Positions 18,663 through 28,531 of a stretch of DNA of 64,000 nucleotides are shown here, one piece after another. The position numbers were made by a program, and so were the translations under genes. A model generated the notes under the pieces. The model was not told where the DNA came from. It saw nothing but the letters and a program-made list of their open reading frames with translations, and did no database searches. Each line of letters starts with the position of its first letter. The first letter of the stretch is position 1. The DNA is from a virus. The DNA is taken from the IMG/VR virus record IMGVR_UViG_3300037493_003022, positions 32,001-96,000 of that record; one strand, given 5' to 3'.

Positions 18663-19622
18663 TCAGACGGTCTGGATCCTGACGATGAAGTCGTCTTCCA
18701 GAATGGCAGTGCCCATGATGCTGTACCAGGCGAGAGAGTGGCGACGGCCGAAGTCTTTCACGCCATCATCGCGCATCTCGACAGGCAGAGCGGTAGCTTT
18801 CGCGTAGGCACTGTCCGAGAACAGAACCGCTTCATAGACATCCGCCGCAGTGCCGCCGACAGCCGAATCGACGAAGGCAGCGAGATAACCAGGATCGGCT
18901 GAGCCCACGGCGCCGTTGCGACAGTGAGTCGTGCCGACGAAGACGACATCTTCCCAGCGACCCAGCTCGCCGTTGAAGAGGGCGCGAGTCTGGGCGTAGT
19001 TCTGAGCGGATACCCAGTCCGGGTCGCGCTTCAGGTAGGCAGCCTGGTGCGGGTGGAGGAAGCAGACGTAGAAGTCGCCGTTGAACTTCGGCGCGTTCTT
19101 GGTCTGGAGAGTTTCCACACCCTGACGGATGCACTCCACGTCGAAGTAGTCCGTCCCGCCAACGAGGTTGGCGTAGGCAGCGCGGCCACCGGCAAGAACG
19201 ATCTGCGAACCGGCGACGAGAGCATCGCGGCAAGCGAGGTCGTTGACCACCGCGTAATCGCGGCCGAGCTGGATGGCGTATTCTTTCATGAGGTCGTCGA
19301 ACGAAGCCAGGAGCAGCTTCTCGGAGAGGGACACGGCATTGCCCCACTCAGTCACGGTGATCGCCTTCTGAGAAGCACTCATGTTCTTCTCGACCAGGGC
19401 GACGTTCTCCGTGAGCTGACCGCCACGAGAGATGTTGTTGTACTTGTTCATGACGATGGTCTGACCCGGCTGAGCCATCAGCTCAGTCTTCTTGACCGCG
19501 AATTCCTCGAAACGCATGATGCCCTGCGCCTCGTGGAGAATGTCCATCGAGTGAACGTCAAGAATAGCCTGCGGAATGGCCACATAACTACCGGCCGTTG
19601 AAACACCACTGTACGTACCCAT
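18663..19622 (-). CDS. Major capsid protein (N4 gp56-like family)
   Basis: RFEEFAVKKTEL...PGQTI...ITVTEWGNAV...HPHQ..LKRD..W...GELG...LPVEMRD...DFGRRHSLAWY; strong codon bias; GGAGG RBS. Confidence 0.92.
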   Translation of the reverse strand: MGTYSGVSTAGSYVAIPQAILDVHSMDILHEAQGIMRFEEFAVKKTELMAQPGQTIVMNKYNNISRGGQLTENVALVEKNMSASQKAITVTEWGNAVSLSEKLLLASFDDLMKEYAIQLGRDYAVVNDLACRDALVAGSQIVLAGGRAAYANLVGGTDYFDVECIRQGVETLQTKNAPKFNGDFYVCFLHPHQAAYLKRDPDWVSAQNYAQTRALFNGELGRWEDVVFVGTTHCRNGAVGSADPGYLAAFVDSAVGGTAADVYEAVLFSDSAYAKATALPVEMRDDGVKDFGRRHSLAWYSIMGTAILEDDFIVRIQTV

Positions 19623-19654
19623 GAATAAACCTCCTCAGGTTTGGTTACCGGAGA

Positions 19655-20398
19655 TCAAATAGCCCCGGATCTTTGCTTTGCATCGAGCAGGATTTGAGCG
19701 CGACGCTTTTCGTATTCTTCGCCCTTTAGTGAGGCAATTGCTTCTCGAGTCTGAGGAGTCAAACCGAGAGAGGGACCGCGACCTTCGGAACCGTTCGGAG
19801 CGAGAGGCCCTGGAAGAGAGTCGGCAACCTTCTTCTGTTGCTCGGCTTTGTACGCTTCCAGAAGTGACATCTCATCTTTCCTTGCGGATTCGATAGCTGC
19901 GTCAATTTCTTGCTCAGAGTTTCCAGTAACCAACTTCTCAAGCTTGACACCGGACTCCCGGATTCGGCGTTCGCGGTAAGCTTTCACCTCGAACTCGCGA
20001 ATTTGAGCCGCTGCGATGCTGGCCGTCTCTTCGATAGCCTTCTCGAGCTTTTGGTTGTTCTCTCTGAGAGCCTTCAATTCGTTTGCCACTGACTCAAGTT
20101 CCGAAGCCTTGCCCTGCCTAATCGAATCGAGATCGGTCTGCGTAGCCTTGAGTTTGCTTTCGAGTTCTTTGGCAAGCTCTTCGGCTTTGGCTTTTGCAGT
20201 TTTCTGCTCTTCGAGTTTGCCAAACACCTTTGATTTCTCATCGGCGCGAGCTTTCTCAACGAGAGCGTTTACCTGCTCTTCCGTTAGAACTTTTCCCTGG
20301 GCTGGAACTTGGCTCTGAGGTGTCGAGTCGGGTGTCTGTCCAGAAGTCGATGGCTCCTGAACCTTCTGTGTCGAATTCGTATCTTTGTTGTCGCTCAT
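19655..20398 (-). CDS. Capsid scaffolding protein
   Basis: Coiled coil with EKARADEKSKVF; directly upstream of the capsid gene. Confidence 0.8.
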   Translation of the reverse strand: MSDNKDTNSTQKVQEPSTSGQTPDSTPQSQVPAQGKVLTEEQVNALVEKARADEKSKVFGKLEEQKTAKAKAEELAKELESKLKATQTDLDSIRQGKASELESVANELKALRENNQKLEKAIEETASIAAAQIREFEVKAYRERRIRESGVKLEKLVTGNSEQEIDAAIESARKDEMSLLEAYKAEQQKKVADSLPGPLAPNGSEGRGPSLGLTPQTREAIASLKGEEYEKRRAQILLDAKQRSGAI

Positions 20399-20437
20399 GT
20401 GCCCTCCGGTTTGTCTTTGCTATATCTCGTTTGGGTA

Positions 20438-20638
20438 TTACGCCAAACGGGGATCGCGAACAGTGGTCTTCATATCATCGGGTTTGACGCTGTTGGACTT
20501 GCTGGAAGGGGAGCCGCTGACCTTGCCTGTGTTCCGCTGACCCTTGGTGTAGGGGAACTCCAGAGTGGCGCCGCGACCACCGTTGTCGGTCTTCCCGTTG
20601 TTCCCACTGCTGACGTTCCCTGCTGAATTCGTACCCAT
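20438..20638 (-). CDS. Small Gly/Ser/Asn-rich, probably highly expressed virion-associated protein
   Basis: AGGAGG RBS; capsid-like codon bias; first gene after a promoter. Confidence 0.6.
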   Translation of the reverse strand: MGTNSAGNVSSGNNGKTDNGGRGATLEFPYTKGQRNTGKVSGSPSSKSNSVKPDDMKTTVRDPRLA

Positions 20639-20672
20639 GAAATCCTCCTTGGTTTTGTTTAGCCTTCATTAC

Positions 20673-20701
20673 AGTATCGAAAGAACACCTGTCACAGTCA
20701 A
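20673..20701 (-). promoter_or_regulatory. Sigma70-like promoter for the scaffold/capsid operon
   Basis: TTGACT-17 nt-GATACT on the minus strand. Confidence 0.6.
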
Positions 20702-20791
20702 GTAACTTCTTGTCGAACTGTTGTCTACTAAGAGATAGACTGCGGCGAAGTTTTTGGCAAGTTGCGAGGAGTTACGAATTGAACTTAATGG

Positions 20792-22432
20792 TCAGTCGTC
20801 GTCGGAAGAGGTTTCAGAAGCAGCTTCAACAGAGGACTTTTTCGGAGTTTTGAGAGAACCTGCGGCCTGGTCACCCAGGGTGGAAACAATTTTCTCTCCA
20901 CGGGTTTCATCCGGTCCTCCCTTTGAGAAACCAGAACCTTGTTTTCGAACGTAGTCAAAGGCGATTCCAGCTTCCATATCTTCGGCAAGGTCCTCTCGGG
21001 CCTCTTCGATGATGCTGGAGGTCTCCGACTGCGAGTACCCCATGGCCTCGAGTTCGAGTCTCCGAGTCGAAATTCCAAGTGCCAACCTCTCGCGAGAGAT
21101 TTCGAGATTCTTTCTCTTGTCCTGCGGAAGCGGATCTTCAAATACCACTTCGTTTCTATACTTATTCCCCTCAAGTTTATCCATCTTTGCTGAGAATGAA
21201 GGAGAAGCTAACTCCATATACTTCAGCATGAGTCGGTTGATAAACTTTATCCCCTGTCCATACGTAAGAACCTTAACGTCCCTCTTCTGAATCATAGGAA
21301 GATACTGCATCTGGAGAGCTACTCCAGAAGGTGACGTTACTGTTTTCTCGGCTCCCAAGAATTGTTCAGGGGTATTCGACAACTCCAAGAGAGCCCTCTT
21401 CAGGTTTTCCCAGTGCAAATTAGCGGCACCTAGGTCACCTTTGAGTTCAAGATTTTCTACCTTAGCGCCTTCCGGCAAAGCCCACGTTCTATTGGCACCT
21501 TTTTCTAGATCTTTAAGCTTTGCTCCGTAGATAATGGTCTGCGGAGATGCGTGGTAGTTAACAATATCTGAGATGTCCGTTGCCTTCTCGTTCATCTCTC
21601 TATTCAAATCCATGATGTCAACTAAGTCAGAGATGCCGTAGTATTCACCCGAAAGAGGGTAGTTTGGGATATGCACAATCGGAATTTCACCTAGCGGATT
21701 CACGCTTTCCGAGATCAAATCCCTGTTTTCGTAGTATCTAACTATCGAAGGTCTAATCAGATTCCCAGCCGCGTCGTACACAGGCGACAACCACTCCTCG
21801 ATTTTCAAAACCATGTTGACAGATGTCATCATGTTCAGGTTTCGCCTGGCAGAAGGAGCATACGACTCCTGTTTTTCCCGGTAGGTTGGGGTAATCACGA
21901 TGGCCCGTGTTACCTTTTTTCTATCTACTCCAAAAGGACCACCGAATTCAGGAAATACAAGGTGGCTCGGTATGATGTCTACTCTTGGGTAGGGGTCTTC
22001 CGTTGGGTCGGAACGCTCCCAGCAAACCCTGGCGAAAACGTCTCCCGTGACGCCGCCCTGTTGTCCAGCTTCGATGCACCAGAGGTTTTTGTTATTCTTT
22101 CTCCAGGCTTCCTCAAGGGCGACACGGACAAACTCCCGGTCTTCTGATTCGTCCTGCTCTGTTTCAGGGTTGTCAGGGATAACAACGTCAAAACCTTTGC
22201 TGAACGTAAAATCGTTGTGCAGGTCTACTATCTTCCTGACGTAGTTCATAGTGATAACGGGATCTCCCGAATCACGAACATACGACCAGTGTCTGCCTAG
22301 ATAGTATAGCCAGCACGTTCGATAGAATGCCATCCTTCTGGAGTGCGTCCGATTTATGTCATCTTGAAAGAAGACTTCGAATGCGTCAGATAAGGAAACT
22401 GTTACGTTCGGACTCGGTTGTTGATACGCCAT
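20792..22432 (-). CDS. Portal protein (SPP1 gp6-like)
   Basis: YYLGRHW...TMNY; NPLGEIPIVHIPN...YGISDL; SGVALQMQYLP; position. Confidence 0.9.
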   Translation of the reverse strand: MAYQQPSPNVTVSLSDAFEVFFQDDINRTHSRRMAFYRTCWLYYLGRHWSYVRDSGDPVITMNYVRKIVDLHNDFTFSKGFDVVIPDNPETEQDESEDREFVRVALEEAWRKNNKNLWCIEAGQQGGVTGDVFARVCWERSDPTEDPYPRVDIIPSHLVFPEFGGPFGVDRKKVTRAIVITPTYREKQESYAPSARRNLNMMTSVNMVLKIEEWLSPVYDAAGNLIRPSIVRYYENRDLISESVNPLGEIPIVHIPNYPLSGEYYGISDLVDIMDLNREMNEKATDISDIVNYHASPQTIIYGAKLKDLEKGANRTWALPEGAKVENLELKGDLGAANLHWENLKRALLELSNTPEQFLGAEKTVTSPSGVALQMQYLPMIQKRDVKVLTYGQGIKFINRLMLKYMELASPSFSAKMDKLEGNKYRNEVVFEDPLPQDKRKNLEISRERLALGISTRRLELEAMGYSQSETSSIIEEAREDLAEDMEAGIAFDYVRKQGSGFSKGGPDETRGEKIVSTLGDQAAGSLKTPKKSSVEAASETSSDDD

Positions 22433-22668
22433 TACCTCTTCTCCTGTAACGCATTATTCTGTGTGTCTTGTCGTGTCTGCGTCTCATTCTCTTTTACACC
22501 AAGATCCCCATACGTCCTAACGACGACATTCTTGCCGGAACCTTCTGCAAAAGCATCCCTCATAAGATCAATTTTTGTCTTCGGAGGTGTCGGTGGAACT
22601 TTTCTAGTCTCATGAAAAAGTTTCATTGACTCCGAAATCTTCCTTCTAGTTTCGTCTGATCGCTGCAT
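22432..22668 (-). CDS. Small NUMOD3-motif DNA-binding protein
   Basis: RSDETRRKISESMK; TAATG overlaps with both the terminase stop (22668) and the portal start (22432). Confidence 0.65.
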   Translation of the reverse strand: MQRSDETRRKISESMKLFHETRKVPPTPPKTKIDLMRDAFAEGSGKNVVVRTYGDLGVKENETQTRQDTQNNALQEKR

Positions 22669-25600
22669 TAGTCCCATCTCCCATTGTGCCCCGGCCTGCT
22701 AGGACGCCTTGATTTGGGCTCAAACACCTTTCGGAATAAGGCCCCGGCTTCCCTCATATGACTCGCGGCTGTCCATCGGGCTTGTCTTCCAATGAACGGG
22801 TTGTCGGTCTCTTCTACTTCCATTGTGCCCTGAACATTGATTGCCCAGCAAAGAAGCATGGCCGAATCTGGGAAGTCGTCGTAGCAGTTGTCGCCGTCCT
22901 TGGGCTTGTGAACAACCATCTGCTGGCCACGCCACTCTTTTTCAAGGTCGTGCATCTGATTTACGAACTTCTGCCACTTCAAGAGTCGCGTGGCCTGAGC
23001 GCCAGCCGGGAAGGTGAAACGCTTCGAACTGATCTCCTGGGAGAACACTTTGTAGCCAACATCCTTGGATGCCGCCGTGAAAATGAATGGTTCGACATGA
23101 ATGTTGTACTCCATAAGATCCGCTGCGAGTCGGGAGTACACAGGATCGCCCTTACCAGTTGCGTCGATTACAACTTGGCTTATTTGGTAGTTCTTCAGGA
23201 ACTCAAGGATTTGAGGGTGCTGAGCTTCATGGTTGTCTCCATGAAGTTCGAGCCAATTTAGGATGTGGATAGGATACCTGCTTGCCCCGCCAACATCGAT
23301 TGGAGAATCCCAGAACGCTTTTCCAACAGTAACAACGGTAGAGTTCGCGCGTCCAACGTCGATGGCTGCGATGATATTTTCCGTCTTATTATCGTAGGTG
23401 ACTACGTTTGGAGCCCTCTCAAAGTGAACAATCTTCTTGTTCTTGCCTTTTCCGATCTCAATAGTTAGTCGGTTGTCCTTGTCTTTTATTCCGCACTCGT
23501 CGAACAGCTCTGGGTTTACGAACATACCCCGGTCGAGGAGCCAATGAAGTCGATACTTCAGTCTGAAATCGTCAGAATCCTCTCCAAGTCGCTCTATTTC
23601 TTTCAGAATATACTTACGATAACGAGGATTGTACTTCTGTCCAACTGTGTAATCGTACTCGTAATGCCTTCTGTAGCGAGAACGAACAGACCCATCGCTA
23701 ACATCAGCTCGTTTATTACGACGACAGGCTTCATAAAAGTCAGATCTAACTCTGTTACAGGTGCCAATTTTTACGAGAGTACCGGCTGTGTTATGTACGA
23801 CTATATTATTGGCAATGAAATTGTGCGCCGGATCTGGCATCTCTATATCATAAACCTGCTGTTTGCCAGATGATTCAATCGACACAACCCGTTCCCAAAC
23901 TAAGTCGTTGTCTAACTCCTTTGCGTATCTTTTAGATCCAGATCCAACTATAATTGACGCTCGTCTCTTATTTCCTCTGAATTCCAAAACTTTTTCTGCG
24001 ATGACAATCGAGTTACGCTTTCTTTCAACTAGCAGTGGTATGTTTTTGCAGAAAGCTAGTACGCTATCTTTATCTGAAGTATCTAACTTATAATAGATGC
24101 TCCCCTTTTCTGCGTAGCCTTTTCCATTAGAAATAGCTTCGTAGATAGAACTCTGTATTCCAAACTTAATTAGAAGATGAGATACTTCTTCAAGAATAAC
24201 TCTGTTTGCCTGCGATAGTGAGATTGTTACTTTTCGTTCAGTAACTCCTATTGTTCCGTCTGTATCGTATAGTCCTCCTAGGAACGCAGCTACTTCCTCT
24301 TTTTTGCACTCCCAGATATTAGACGGAACCCTCTTTTTATCCTTTGTCTGACCGTAGATGTTGGCGGCTCTCAGGAGATTTATCGCTGGGTTTTTACCTT
24401 TTTTTGAGCCCTCGACTGAACTAATGCAGCGGACTTCTTTGTACTCTCTTCTTGCCGAAGTTGTATGGCCTCGTTCTTCTCGACAAGATCCGAGTTGCCT
24501 AACCATCCAATCGCCAAGGAAGTCATGTAGCTCTTTGTCTTCTCCAGAAAAAGCTGGGCTGCAATCCTTGTGGTACGACCCGTCCCCTACAAGCATTCCT
24601 AGAACCCTGGCCTCCTCGACACCTATGGAATTTGTTCCAAAGAAAGGAACAGCTCTCGGAACTGCTATCTGATAACCAACTTTTATATTCTGGAGCGTTT
24701 CCCATTTCGGTAGTCTCGGATACGCCCTCGGTTTCCAGATGACTGGGTGGTCTAAAGTCCCTGTTATCTTCTTTCCTGAATTCAAAGTCATCGTAAGACA
24801 TTCTTGAATTCCGCTATCTATCTTCCTTATAGGAGTTCCTCTCATGAAATGCAGCGTCTCGGAGAAGCACCCGGTCTCCTTTATTGGCATGTCGTCAAGA
24901 CGAACAATCCTACCGTTTGCCAGTGGAATTAAAGAGTCGCCTGTGATACACGCCGCTGCCATCGGATGGATAGACGCGCGAATCTGGCTGGAAGGAATGT
25001 CCTGCGACTCTTCCAGAAGGATCAAGTGGTAGGTCTTTCCTTCAATCTTCGATTGGGGAGAGGCAGTACCGCAGTCAACGAAGGAACCGTTTGGCAAGAC
25101 CATGTTCTCTCGAACATCGGTCAGATCCATGTCTACGTCGGGGTCTAGGAGGGCAGTTTTAGACTCCTTGGAGTACATTCGGGCCTTCATGCGATTCCAC
25201 ATGATTCCGGCCTGAAGGTAGTTGGGAGCATAAATGCCTATCCAAACTCCTCTTTCGAACTTCTTTATTCTCTCATCGTGAGGAAGATTTTTGGCTAGGA
25301 TTGGAAGGAGTACAGATAACCCGCATACAGTTACGGCTACCGTTTCAGTGTTGTGAGTTACTGTTCCATCTTCAAGCAAGAAACGCTTATTTCCGTCCAA
25401 CACGAAACCAAAATAGCTCCCGTTACCAGCTTTTGTTATTGAAAAACAATACTTGTCTAAGCCGTTAGAGGATCTTATACCTCTAAAAAGATGCTCTTTC
25501 CCTAATACTTCCTGTATATGAACGTCCCTGACACTGTTTTCTGAGACATCGAACAGGGTAAGTATGTGACTTTCATTTACGGTGTACCTACTGTACCTGG

Positions 25601-26036
25601 AGTCGTCTGGGGAGATCGTCAGGAGTTTCCCGTATCCGTCTGCGATGGACAATACATTTCTAGCTGTCGAATCATCGCCCATCAGCTTGTCGCCAACCCT
25701 CACCTCTTCGACTGGCTTTACGGTTCCGTCGAACATGAGAATTGGTGTGCCTTTTGCCAGGCACTTTCCCATCTGACGGGCGAACAATGCGGTAATTTCT
25801 TCTGCATCTTCGCAAAGCAATGAATAGACAATTCGCCATCCAAACTCTAACTCATAGGGGTACAGCTCCACCCCAGTCATATCCTGGGAGTAGGCCATAA
25901 CCATATCAGCTAGTTTGGATAACTCATCTTTCGTAAGATCCCTTTGAGGAATCCCGCTGACGTTATCCGCCACTGCTTTTTCGTAGTCGATTGGCTGCTT
26001 CTGTGTCTTTGGCGTGTCTTTCATGTCCACGACCAT
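22668..26036 (-). CDS. terL: Terminase large subunit precursor with two inteins (about 597 aa spliced)
   Basis: Walker A ARQMGK|T, Walker B LILLEESQ, nuclease AAIDVG, IDATG.GD, DDFPDS. A likely alternative start is ATG 26024. Confidence 0.93.
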   Translation of the reverse strand: MVVDMKDTPKTQKQPIDYEKAVADNVSGIPQRDLTKDELSKLADMVMAYSQDMTGVELYPYELEFGWRIVYSLLCEDAEEITALFARQMGKCLAKGTPILMFDGTVKPVEEVRVGDKLMGDDSTARNVLSIADGYGKLLTISPDDSRYSRYTVNESHILTLFDVSENSVRDVHIQEVLGKEHLFRGIRSSNGLDKYCFSITKAGNGSYFGFVLDGNKRFLLEDGTVTHNTETVAVTVCGLSVLLPILAKNLPHDERIKKFERGVWIGIYAPNYLQAGIMWNRMKARMYSKESKTALLDPDVDMDLTDVRENMVLPNGSFVDCGTASPQSKIEGKTYHLILLEESQDIPSSQIRASIHPMAAACITGDSLIPLANGRIVRLDDMPIKETGCFSETLHFMRGTPIRKIDSGIQECLTMTLNSGKKITGTLDHPVIWKPRAYPRLPKWETLQNIKVGYQIAVPRAVPFFGTNSIGVEEARVLGMLVGDGSYHKDCSPAFSGEDKELHDFLGDWMVRQLGSCREERGHTTSARREYKEVRCISSVEGSKKGKNPAINLLRAANIYGQTKDKKRVPSNIWECKKEEVAAFLGGLYDTDGTIGVTERKVTISLSQANRVILEEVSHLLIKFGIQSSIYEAISNGKGYAEKGSIYYKLDTSDKDSVLAFCKNIPLLVERKRNSIVIAEKVLEFRGNKRRASIIVGSGSKRYAKELDNDLVWERVVSIESSGKQQVYDIEMPDPAHNFIANNIVVHNTAGTLVKIGTCNRVRSDFYEACRRNKRADVSDGSVRSRYRRHYEYDYTVGQKYNPRYRKYILKEIERLGEDSDDFRLKYRLHWLLDRGMFVNPELFDECGIKDKDNRLTIEIGKGKNKKIVHFERAPNVVTYDNKTENIIAAIDVGRANSTVVTVGKAFWDSPIDVGGASRYPIHILNWLELHGDNHEAQHPQILEFLKNYQISQVVIDATGKGDPVYSRLAADLMEYNIHVEPFIFTAASKDVGYKVFSQEISSKRFTFPAGAQATRLLKWQKFVNQMHDLEKEWRGQQMVVHKPKDGDNCYDDFPDSAMLLCWAINVQGTMEVEETDNPFIGRQARWTAASHMREAGALFRKVFEPKSRRPSRPGHNGRWD
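23790..24950 (-). mobile_element. Intein (387 aa) with LAGLIDADG homing endonuclease in TerL
   Basis: MAAA|CITGDSLI...TLDHP...LGMLVGDGS...FLGGLYDTDG...VYDIEM...IVVHN|TAGT. Confidence 0.92.
25350..25763 (-). mobile_element. Mini-intein (138 aa) in the TerL Walker A motif
   Basis: GK|CLAKGTPILMFDG...SHIL...FLLEDGTVTHN|TETVA; no endonuclease motifs. Confidence 0.92.
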
Positions 26037-26052
26037 AGCACAATTTAGGCAA

Positions 26053-26095
26053 TAAAAAACCCCTGGAGCGTAGGAAGGATTACGCTCCAGAGGTT
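26053..26095 (-). terminator. Rho-independent terminator upstream of terL
   Basis: 10-bp stem CTGGAGCGTA/TACGCTCCAG followed by GGGTTTTTT on the minus strand. Confidence 0.75.
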
Positions 26096-26134
26096 AAAGA
26101 AAAACAGAGGACTAAATCGAGGGGCCTGGCAGGA

Positions 26135-26839
26135 TCAATTCTGAACAATTTGCCAGTATCCGTCAATCTTCTTGACGCGGTCTTCTACGTCCTTGGACGT
26201 GAGACCCAGGACTCTGGCGTAGGACAACGCTTCTTTCTTAGAAGCGAACTTCTGAACCTTTGATGTTTCCTCCGTGGGAACCTCTTCATCGTCAGAAGCT
26301 TCATAGTATTTGAACGTCGGAGGGTCAACAGTGTTCACTGTTTCCTCGCTCGGCGCGAAAACCTTCTTCTCTCTGGTTTTGCGAACAGCCTTCTCTTTCG
26401 GCTCTTTCTTGACTTTTTCGGCCCTCTTTGTTTTCTCGGGTTCCGCCGGGGCCTCGACCATCACGATCGCGCGCTGAACGCGCACATCCTCGTGGTCCAC
26501 GTAGGGAACAGTCCCACTGGCGAGAGCCTTCGAGCGGTCGACACCGCGAGCTTCCTGGAGAAACCAAGTGACGAGCCCGGTTCCGTCCTCCTCGCCGTAC
26601 TTCGCGCGTTCGGGAGTCCCCTCCTTGTACTGCACGAAGATCGCGCCGAGAGGTACGCCGACTGTCTCTCGGAATCGCTTCACGGTGATGCTCCCATTGA
26701 AGGGGTTCTCCACCGCGTAGTAGCGGAATTCCCCCGAGAGGTCCTTCTTCGCCCTCTCCTTCTTCTCAGTGGGAGCGACGGTAGGCTCCGTGCCAGGGAT
26801 TTCAGTTTGGATGTTTTGAGCTTCTTGTGTCGTTTCCAT
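26135..26839 (-). CDS. Hypothetical Lys/Glu-rich protein
   Basis: AAGGAG RBS; its own promoter and terminator; GC-rich codon core. Confidence 0.75.
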   Translation of the reverse strand: METTQEAQNIQTEIPGTEPTVAPTEKKERAKKDLSGEFRYYAVENPFNGSITVKRFRETVGVPLGAIFVQYKEGTPERAKYGEEDGTGLVTWFLQEARGVDRSKALASGTVPYVDHEDVRVQRAIVMVEAPAEPEKTKRAEKVKKEPKEKAVRKTREKKVFAPSEETVNTVDPPTFKYYEASDDEEVPTEETSKVQKFASKKEALSYARVLGLTSKDVEDRVKKIDGYWQIVQN

Positions 26840-26916
26840 TTGTGCTCCTTTGCACCACCTAGTTAATGGTGGTGTTTGTTTTCATGTATTGAGTATATAC
26901 ACAGCTTCGATTAGCT

Positions 26917-27900
26917 TCAAGATGTTTTGTGAAGCTGTGTTTTTATTATGTCAACCATGTTTCTAACCACCACGGAACTTCTAAAGTTCTCTACTGAGTT
27001 ACTAGGACATTCATACTTACCACTATACGCATCGGATACTTTCCTCTGTGCATCTCCGATAACATATTGAGGGTACATGTACTCTTCTGATAGATACTCG
27101 GAGAAGGGAAGCATGTTAGGAACTACAGGAACAGCTCCAGCCATAATTCCCTCTACCACAGAAGTATTAAGAGTGTCTCTCATTGATGCGTTAAATATGA
27201 CTCTCGCGCGTCTCATTAGGGTATAATAAGACTCGCCTTGCAGATATTTAACACAGAATCCGGCTTGCGTGATTGTGTTTAGATACTCATGCTCCGGTCC
27301 ATTGGAGTTATGGATAGGAGTATTGTATCCTGCTGCAAACACAACTACATCTTTGAACGGAGCAAGTATCTGCATGGCAACCATAGGAAGTCGGTCGTTA
27401 GCCAACCTTCCAGATACGACTATCAATTCTTTACTGCTAGCGCAGGGTTTGGAAAATTTCTTCTCGTCAACAGGAAACCCTATTACGTGCATCGTATCCA
27501 TGTTGCACGAATGGTAAAACATCCAAAAACTACGCAGAGAATGGGCAGTATTAAAGAAGATTCCTGCAAATCTCTCTCTGTCAAGGTCTCTCCCAAACTC
27601 CTCGTAGAACTCTTTCTGCTGTGGCCAGTCGTAGAAACCAAATAGCTCCGGTCCTCCGTGGTGATGCGCGAAGACAGGCTCGTGTCGTGACTCCGCGAAA
27701 TCGAGCCACTTCTTGTACCCGTAATCGGTGTCTCCCATCATCAACCAGAAATCCACTGGAAGACAGGTTAGGTGGTCGGGTTTCTCGGCGGGGAATACAG
27801 ATACCTGATGTCCCAGCTTCAACAACTCCGATACTACGTTGTGGAAGTACGAGAACGTCCACGTACCCTCGAGTGGTTCCCCAATAAATCCGATGTGCAT
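26917..27900 (-). CDS. GT-B (GT4-like) glycosyltransferase
   Basis: LGHQV; IFFNT...SF; VIGFP; SGRL; YYTLMRRARVIFNASMRDTLNTSVVEGIMAGAVPVVP (D-X7-E variant of the E-X7-E motif). Confidence 0.85.
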   Translation of the reverse strand: MHIGFIGEPLEGTWTFSYFHNVVSELLKLGHQVSVFPAEKPDHLTCLPVDFWLMMGDTDYGYKKWLDFAESRHEPVFAHHHGGPELFGFYDWPQQKEFYEEFGRDLDRERFAGIFFNTAHSLRSFWMFYHSCNMDTMHVIGFPVDEKKFSKPCASSKELIVVSGRLANDRLPMVAMQILAPFKDVVVFAAGYNTPIHNSNGPEHEYLNTITQAGFCVKYLQGESYYTLMRRARVIFNASMRDTLNTSVVEGIMAGAVPVVPNMLPFSEYLSEEYMYPQYVIGDAQRKVSDAYSGKYECPSNSVENFRSSVVVRNMVDIIKTQLHKTS

Positions 27901-27910
27901 GGTGTTTCCT

Positions 27911-28531
27911 TTAAAGTGGGTCGATACAATCTGGCGTTGAACCCGGCACGTTTACGCACTTCTGCCATCCCATGCAATACGTATTTGTTCTTTCAACAGA
28001 TTTTCCGTTTAAGCAGACACTCTCACACTTAATCTCAGTCCTATCGCAACCACAGTAACCTGAGCTATCGCACTCTTGGCAGGCCCCGTTAATAATATCC
28101 CACTGACCAAAACGATCACAAGTGTATAGAGCGTTGTCGTAACACAAAAAATCACCTTGTCTATAGCAAGGGTTGTTACGAGGATTGCTATCTGTTTCTA
28201 CGAAGGTATCCGTCGATTCGGTTTGCGTATCGCTTGTTTCCGAGGAGGTAGAACTTGTTGGGATTTCAGTCTCTGTCTGAGTTCCCGGTGAAACCGTATC
28301 GATGCTCGTGTCTGAAGATACCGGAGTCTCAGTTTCCACGGAAGATTCTGTAGTTTGCGAAGAGCTGGAAGAGCTGTCGTTGTCAGTAGCAGTATCAGAG
28401 CCACTGGGATCAGTATCAGCACTCCCTGTAGAAGTATCTCCAGAATCTGCATCGAGATCTCCTTCTGCTTTCTCAGACACCATTGCTGAGCATCCACACA
28501 CTGCGAACAAAACGATGAGCAACTTCTTCAT
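27911..28531 (-). CDS. Lipoprotein with a Ser/Thr/Asp linker and a 12-Cys C-terminal domain
   Basis: MKKLLIVLFAVCG-C signal/lipobox; low-complexity stalk; disulfide-rich domain. Confidence 0.75.
   Translation of the reverse strand: MKKLLIVLFAVCGCSAMVSEKAEGDLDADSGDTSTGSADTDPSGSDTATDNDSSSSSSQTTESSVETETPVSSDTSIDTVSPGTQTETEIPTSSTSSETSDTQTESTDTFVETDSNPRNNPCYRQGDFLCYDNALYTCDRFGQWDIINGACQECDSSGYCGCDRTEIKCESVCLNGKSVERTNTYCMGWQKCVNVPGSTPDCIDPL

Noticed and set aside
18832-19601. Long alternative-frame and antisense ORFs over the capsid gene (similar ones over the sheath and GT genes)
   Set aside because: Expected from strong GC3 bias; no RBS or recognisable motifs.
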